Shown here: positions 42,407-46,189 of the stretch, in pieces
How the letters are laid out: every line of letters starts with the position of its first letter
How positions within the stretch are numbered: position 1 is the first letter of the stretch
From: a virus
Direction: 5' to 3' (one strand)
IMG/VR virus record: IMGVR_UViG_3300025769_000214
DNA length: 46,189 bases
Notes under the pieces: generated by a model
Database searches by the model: none
What the model saw: only the letters and a program-made list of their open reading frames with translations
Told to the model about the DNA's origin: nothing
Position numbers and translations under genes: made by a program

Positions 42407-42567
42407 TGGAAAAGAAGAAAGCTCATAGGTGTTTCTACTTAACCGTGAACGGCCGATGGTGGGTTGGTGATTGTGGTTTTGCAGTACCATATCTACCCAA
42501 GCCCGGAGACAAGTGCTTAAAGTGTGGTACAATCGTCGGTTCTGGGATCACGATCAACTCAAAGTGA
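42406..42567 (+). CDS. Small Cys-rich (zinc-ribbon-like) protein; below the ORF-track size cut-off
   Basis: Hand translation gives MEKKKAHRCFYLTVNGRWWVGDCGFAVPYLPKPGDKCLKCGTIVGSGITINSK*; TAATG coupling to the upstream gene. Confidence 0.45.
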   Translation: MEKKKAHRCFYLTVNGRWWVGDCGFAVPYLPKPGDKCLKCGTIVGSGITINSK

Positions 42568-42570
42568 GAT

Positions 42571-42585
42571 TGGCACGATGTTTGT
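42571..42585 (+). promoter_or_regulatory. Sigma-54-type promoter candidate
   Basis: TGGCACgatgtTTGT; intergenic, 44 nt before ATG 42629. Confidence 0.6.
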
Positions 42586-42628
42586 ACTATATAAGTCAGT
42601 AACTCAAACACAAATCTGGTAAGATACC

Positions 42629-42994
42629 ATGCCTACTTTTACACAACTACTCGAAACAGCCGTTCACTTCGACGGATCCTTGACGGTTGGTGGCAATCCG
42701 GATATCCGGGTCTCATTAGCTTCAGCCCTTGCGTCAGTCGTAACAGGGTCAGGGGAGAAAAGGAGACTCCGCAAATCGTGGCCAAAGCCCCTGTCTGGAA
42801 TGATGTTCCAAGACGGGTTCAATAAGCAACTCTGGCAGATGATCCGCTTCGACGTTGGATTGACCAACTCCATTGGTGGGCTTATGTGTACTTCAATCAT
42901 GGGGCCACCGCTCACAGAAGATGAACACCGGATCCTGAAGTCATTCGCTTCCATGTGTGGTTCGGTTCACCTTTGCCTTGGATGGGGAAAATAA
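42629..42994 (+). CDS. Hypothetical early protein
   Basis: 121-aa ORF 44 nt downstream of the motif copy at 42571. Confidence 0.5.
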   Translation: MPTFTQLLETAVHFDGSLTVGGNPDIRVSLASALASVVTGSGEKRRLRKSWPKPLSGMMFQDGFNKQLWQMIRFDVGLTNSIGGLMCTSIMGPPLTEDEHRILKSFASMCGSVHLCLGWGK

Positions 42995-43200
42995 TGAAAG
43001 AGATCATCGCTTTTGACTTCTTGGGCGAACGCCTACATTTCTCAGATCAAGTGGTCTACACGGAATTGAGATACAGGAATTTCCGGAAGGGTTATATCCT
43101 GAAGATCACACCGAAATGCGTGTTCATCGGTTCAGAGCCGAACACCGATCCAAGAATGGGAGCCAAGCAATTCCACAACCAAGTAATCAAACTGAAGTGA
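42994..43200 (+). CDS. Hypothetical early protein
   Basis: TAATG coupling (MKEIIAFDF...). Confidence 0.5.
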   Translation: MKEIIAFDFLGERLHFSDQVVYTELRYRNFRKGYILKITPKCVFIGSEPNTDPRMGAKQFHNQVIKLK

Positions 43201-43484
43201 TGGGACACATCAAGATGCGTAAGGGGCCGCGCCAAATGGCCACCGCAACTAGGCCACACGGTAAACGGGGAAAAAGGTACATGCCTGACACCGCCGTTCG
43301 TTGCGAAGATTGCGACCGGGAACTTCCCAACAGCACCAACGTAGTATGCCTAGACTGCGAGAGAAAACGTGACGCTGAATGGGACGCGCATTGGGCCGAA
43401 ATGGACGCAGAACGTGATGGGATGCTAGATGAGTTTCCCATGTATGATGAAGATTCACCTTACCACAGTAATGACAATGAGTAG
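43200..43484 (+). CDS. Zinc-ribbon protein with a basic N-terminus and an acidic C-terminus
   Basis: CEDCDRELPNSTNVVCLDC; TGATG coupling (stop TGA and next ATG share one base). Confidence 0.5.
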   Translation: MGHIKMRKGPRQMATATRPHGKRGKRYMPDTAVRCEDCDRELPNSTNVVCLDCERKRDAEWDAHWAEMDAERDGMLDEFPMYDEDSPYHSNDNE

Positions 43485-43827
43485 CACTTTTAAGCCGGAA
43501 GGCACAGCCGAAACCCTTGACGAAGCATTGAAGATGCTGAAAGCCTTGGGCCTATTCTCAGCGCACGAATGGATCTCATTCGCATGCATGAACGATGGGG
43601 TAGCGCAATTCCGCAAGACCCTGTACCATGAAGGAGCCAACGGCTACCTTGAACTGGAAATCTCGTTCGGGACAAATGACCCGGAAGATAATTCCGGTCA
43701 AATGACCTTCAATCGGAATGAACTGGTAACGAAGAAATTCTGTACGCCTGCATCCAAAATCGTTGTATGGGAGCCGGGGCATTCTGGCAAACCATTCATC
43801 ATCAATTACATCAACCGGGCATTTTAA
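43471..43827 (+). CDS. Hypothetical early protein
   Basis: Start at ATG 43471 or 43477, overlapping the upstream stop. Confidence 0.5.
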   Translation: MTMSSTFKPEGTAETLDEALKMLKALGLFSAHEWISFACMNDGVAQFRKTLYHEGANGYLELEISFGTNDPEDNSGQMTFNRNELVTKKFCTPASKIVVWEPGHSGKPFIINYINRAF

Positions 43828-44084
43828 TGAAAGACCTGATCCAATTCCTTACTGGTTTTTACGGGCCACAGAACGTACTCGAAGAAAACGGAAACGTTGT
43901 TGTGATCGTGGACGAAGAAACCGCAACTGGTGTTGCCCTTCCGTCCCGGTACGCCGACATGTTGAACCAGAATCCGCTAGATTGGGAGACTCCGTTTCTC
44001 CTTCACCTGTCTGAGATTGCGAAAGGCTACGGCTATCCAATCACCGTCAGACACTACCGCGCATCCCAAGACAAAACGGTGTAG
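43827..44084 (+). CDS. Hypothetical early protein
   Basis: TAATG coupling (MKDLIQFL...). Confidence 0.5.
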   Translation: MKDLIQFLTGFYGPQNVLEENGNVVVIVDEETATGVALPSRYADMLNQNPLDWETPFLLHLSEIAKGYGYPITVRHYRASQDKTV

Positions 44085-44087
44085 GTA

Positions 44088-44369
44088 ATGGTTGCCGCCA
44101 AGGTCGTTCTGGACTACAAGGAATCTAAGGGCCATTGGCCCGACATTCTGATCTGTGATCCTGTCTGCATTCATCATATCTCATTTGAGTTGGCCATTGT
44201 TGCGGACATGCACGAAGACTTTGAGCCGATTCGACTCGTTCACGACCGATGCTTACCCGCCGGGATAACTGTTCCGATCTCCCTGACCGAATGGATAGAA
44301 TTCTGTACGATTGCAGGCGGCGCAGAGCAGGTATATGAGCCGCATTTCCACCCTGAAGCCCGAAATTGA
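44088..44369 (+). CDS. Hypothetical early protein
   Basis: 93-aa ORF. Confidence 0.5.
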   Translation: MVAAKVVLDYKESKGHWPDILICDPVCIHHISFELAIVADMHEDFEPIRLVHDRCLPAGITVPISLTEWIEFCTIAGGAEQVYEPHFHPEARN

Positions 44370-44373
44370 AAGT

Positions 44374-44388
44374 TGGCACGATAATTGC
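44374..44388 (+). promoter_or_regulatory. Sigma-54-type promoter candidate
   Basis: TGGCACgataaTTGC; intergenic, 41 nt before ATG 44429. Confidence 0.65.
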
Positions 44389-44428
44389 TCTATAAGTGAA
44401 GTAATCCTTTCACAAACTGACCAAGACC

Positions 44429-44683
44429 ATGATTTATGCTCTGATCCCTGTACAGGGAGAATTCAAGTTGCTCCTGAAATCCGTCAACGCAGACGATTTC
44501 GCCCTGAAGATTATTCAGGACTATAATCGCGCCAAGGGTGCGATCAAGGACAAAGACCTGCGGAAGAAATTCCTGATGGTGGATTATCTGGCAGACAAGA
44601 AAGCTGTCAAGATTCAGATCGAAAACATCGAACTGGATGAATTGTTTCCCGCAACCGAAAACGGAGAAACCGATGAATCCTGA
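44429..44683 (+). CDS. Hypothetical early protein
   Basis: 84-aa ORF 41 nt downstream of the motif copy at 44374. Confidence 0.5.
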   Translation: MIYALIPVQGEFKLLLKSVNADDFALKIIQDYNRAKGAIKDKDLRKKFLMVDYLADKKAVKIQIENIELDELFPATENGETDES

Positions 44684-44891
44684 AGAACACGTCGAACCGG
44701 AAAAGCCTGAGAAGGTTAAATTCGAGATCACCCCGGAAGGGTTGTTCGTTCGTCAGGGGGAGAAGGAGATTCTTCTAGCGAGTAGGTATCTACCGTCCCT
44801 TGTTAGCAAGATAGCAATTGCGCTCCCTGTCAAGAATCGGGTGGATATCATTGGACTCATTGCGAGATCACTTTCAAAACTCATTGGATAA
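44673..44891 (+). CDS. Hypothetical early protein
   Basis: ATG at 44673 overlaps the upstream 3' end. Confidence 0.45.
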   Translation: MNPEEHVEPEKPEKVKFEITPEGLFVRQGEKEILLASRYLPSLVSKIAIALPVKNRVDIIGLIARSLSKLIG

Positions 44892-45271
44892 TGACTACCA
44901 TTGGCAGGCACATAACCGAATACTGGCTACGCTCTCTCAGAGAGATTGCGGCCACCCGGAAGCGTATCAGAGCGGACAAAGGCCCGGAACCGCCCGAATT
45001 GGAACGGCTTCATAAGAAGGCTCTCACGTCCTATGCGAACTGCGCCGTTGGCGTATCGCTTCGCTCGTTCGATCTGGCAGTAGATTATGCTGAGAGCATT
45101 GCGGTAACGAATCCAACGCGAGAGATTGCAATCGTCCACCTGATCATGTCTCCTTTCAGGGGAGAAGAGCGGGAAGAATGGATGGTCATTCCACGCAAGA
45201 TGATTCCAGAACACCCGGCCTACATCAAATTAGATATCATTCACACATACAACAATCGAAATGGATCGTAG
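44891..45271 (+). CDS. Hypothetical early protein
   Basis: TAATG coupling; 126 aa. Confidence 0.5.
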   Translation: MTTIGRHITEYWLRSLREIAATRKRIRADKGPEPPELERLHKKALTSYANCAVGVSLRSFDLAVDYAESIAVTNPTREIAIVHLIMSPFRGEEREEWMVIPRKMIPEHPAYIKLDIIHTYNNRNGS

Positions 45272-46189
45272 AAAATACATTGGTGGAGCCGATGCCGCAT
45301 CAATCCTTGGCCTGAACGATTTCCAATCCGTACAGAAATGTTGGCGGAAGAAAGTCGGTCTGGAAACGGATGACGTGGACAATAGACATATCCGCCGGGG
45401 AAACCGGATGGAATCTGTCATTGAGCAGTATTGTATCGATGAACTGGATGGGGATATCAACTCCGTCCAAATGTTCGAACGGTACGGTACTCCGCAGGCG
45501 GTCGCTAACCTAGCTTCATACAACGAAGCAATGAACGGCCCGGCACATGCTATGGTCGGAGTTCAGCGTCCACAGATCACCGTTCTGCATCCTGACCTAC
45601 CGTACTGCGGCGGACACCCTGACGGGCTGACTGACAAGTACGTGTGGGAATTCAAGGCTCCGGCCATGCGGAATTTCAAGTACATTGAGAGCTACGGTGT
45701 GTCCCTGTCGTGGGTCATTCAGGTTCAGTATTACATGTGGATCACGAAGATCCCTGAAGCTCGAATCTGTGTCTGGAATTACGACGAATGGGAACCGATG
45801 ATCGTCCGGATCAAACCAGACCGGAGACTGTTCAAATCCTTCGACGAATTGATGCCTGCATTCTGGTTTCATGTTGAGACTCAAACTGAGCCTGACTTTG
45901 AAGGATTGCAGGACGTTGGCCACATCACGGAGAACGATCTACTGGATCTGATTCTGGACGATTACTGTCTTCAGAAGGAGACAAAGTTCGAAGCAGAGAC
46001 CCAAGTGAAGCTCCTGAAGGCCACTATTGAGACGCACCTTCCCGGCTTTGGTGACTTCGAAACGGACAATTTCACGATCCGCAACAAGGAACAGCAAAGG
46101 TTTGGCACGAAGTTTGCAACTCTTACTATTAGACACAAAGAAACAGTCGAAGCCAAAAGTTGGCTGAAGACTCTTCGCGAAGAACAGGC
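45261..46189 (+). CDS. YqaJ / lambda-Exo-like 5'-3' exonuclease (runs off the window end and continues at 128..185)
   Basis: Hand translation gives MDRRKYIGGADAASILGLNDF..., HPDG...WEFKAP (a D...E-x-K nuclease core). It is absent from the ORF track because no stop occurs before the window end. Total length 328 aa across the junction. Confidence 0.75.
   Translation, partial: MDRRKYIGGADAASILGLNDFQSVQKCWRKKVGLETDDVDNRHIRRGNRMESVIEQYCIDELDGDINSVQMFERYGTPQAVANLASYNEAMNGPAHAMVGVQRPQITVLHPDLPYCGGHPDGLTDKYVWEFKAPAMRNFKYIESYGVSLSWVIQVQYYMWITKIPEARICVWNYDEWEPMIVRIKPDRRLFKSFDELMPAFWFHVETQTEPDFEGLQDVGHITENDLLDLILDDYCLQKETKFEAETQVKLLKATIETHLPGFGDFETDNFTIRNKEQQRFGTKFATLTIRHKETVEAKSWLKTLREEQ
46063..46189. 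repeat. Terminal duplication, copy 2 (identical to 1-127)
   Basis: Same 127 nt as the window start; an ORF runs through it in phase. Confidence 0.9.
46103..46117 (+). promoter_or_regulatory. Duplicate of the 41..55 motif copy (terminal duplication)
   Basis: TGGCACgaagtTTGC inside the 127-nt repeat. Confidence 0.4.

Noticed and set aside
598-42972. The 7-mer GTTCACC appears sense-biased throughout the genome and in several leaders
   Set aside because: Most copies are in coding sequence, where TTC-ACC (Phe-Thr) codon usage explains the strand bias. Only the 18-nt core of the 50-nt element is treated as real.
44373-44394. Reading the motif as a sigma-70 promoter (TTGGCA as -35, TATAAG as -10)
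   Set aside because: The hexamers would be only 12 nt apart, far from the 17 +/- 1 nt needed, and the TATA-like element is not conserved across copies.
1-46189. Searched for tRNA-like sequences, CRISPR repeats, an integrase/repressor lysogeny module, a reverse transcriptase/DGR, and methyltransferases
   Set aside because: None were recognisable by eye. No GTTCGAATC-type T-arm occurs outside coding regions, there are no spaced identical repeats, and no ORF has recombinase or RT motifs. The phage therefore looks virulent, but absence by eye is weak evidence.

Overview
The window is a complete tailed dsDNA phage genome. Its first 127 nt (1-127) are identical to its last 127 nt (46063-46189), so the unique sequence is about 46,062 bp, and an exonuclease gene reads through that junction. 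I saw no tRNA, rRNA, CRISPR array, integrase, repressor or reverse transcriptase.

The genome has two arms.
- The rightward (+) arm runs 39.7 kb -> junction -> 15.8 kb. It starts with about 20 small early genes of unknown function. A recombination module follows: YqaJ-type exonuclease, SSB and a Rad52-like annealing protein. Then come an SF2 helicase, an HNH endonuclease, PD-(D/E)XK-like nucleases, an AEP primase-polymerase, a family-B DNA polymerase, an RNR alpha chain, a DUF3310-like protein and three lipoproteins.
- The leftward (-) arm runs 37.6 -> 15.9 kb and is a late morphogenesis and lysis operon. In order it carries TerS, TerL, a Mu-like head module (DUF935-type portal, S49 protease/scaffold, gpT-like capsid, DUF1320-like connector), beta-propeller fibre-like proteins, tail genes (chaperone with a -1 frame extension, tape measure, 1102-aa tip/fibre), holin-like proteins and an M15 peptidase.

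The most striking signal is a textbook sigma-54-class promoter motif, TGGCAC-N5-TTGC. It occurs 18 times on the + strand and once on the - strand. It sits in front of nearly every early or replication transcription unit and in a tandem array in the 37.8-39.7 kb control region. I found none in the late arm, and no recognisable enhancer-binding activator is encoded.

Other unexplained structure:
- a 50-nt element present three times;
- iteron-like repeats;
- a transcription-polar 12-mer;
- a 15-16-mer bracketing the terminase genes;
- an inverted portal cassette;
- start codons with no Shine-Dalgarno sequence.

All functional calls come from motifs I recognise by eye; no database search was possible.
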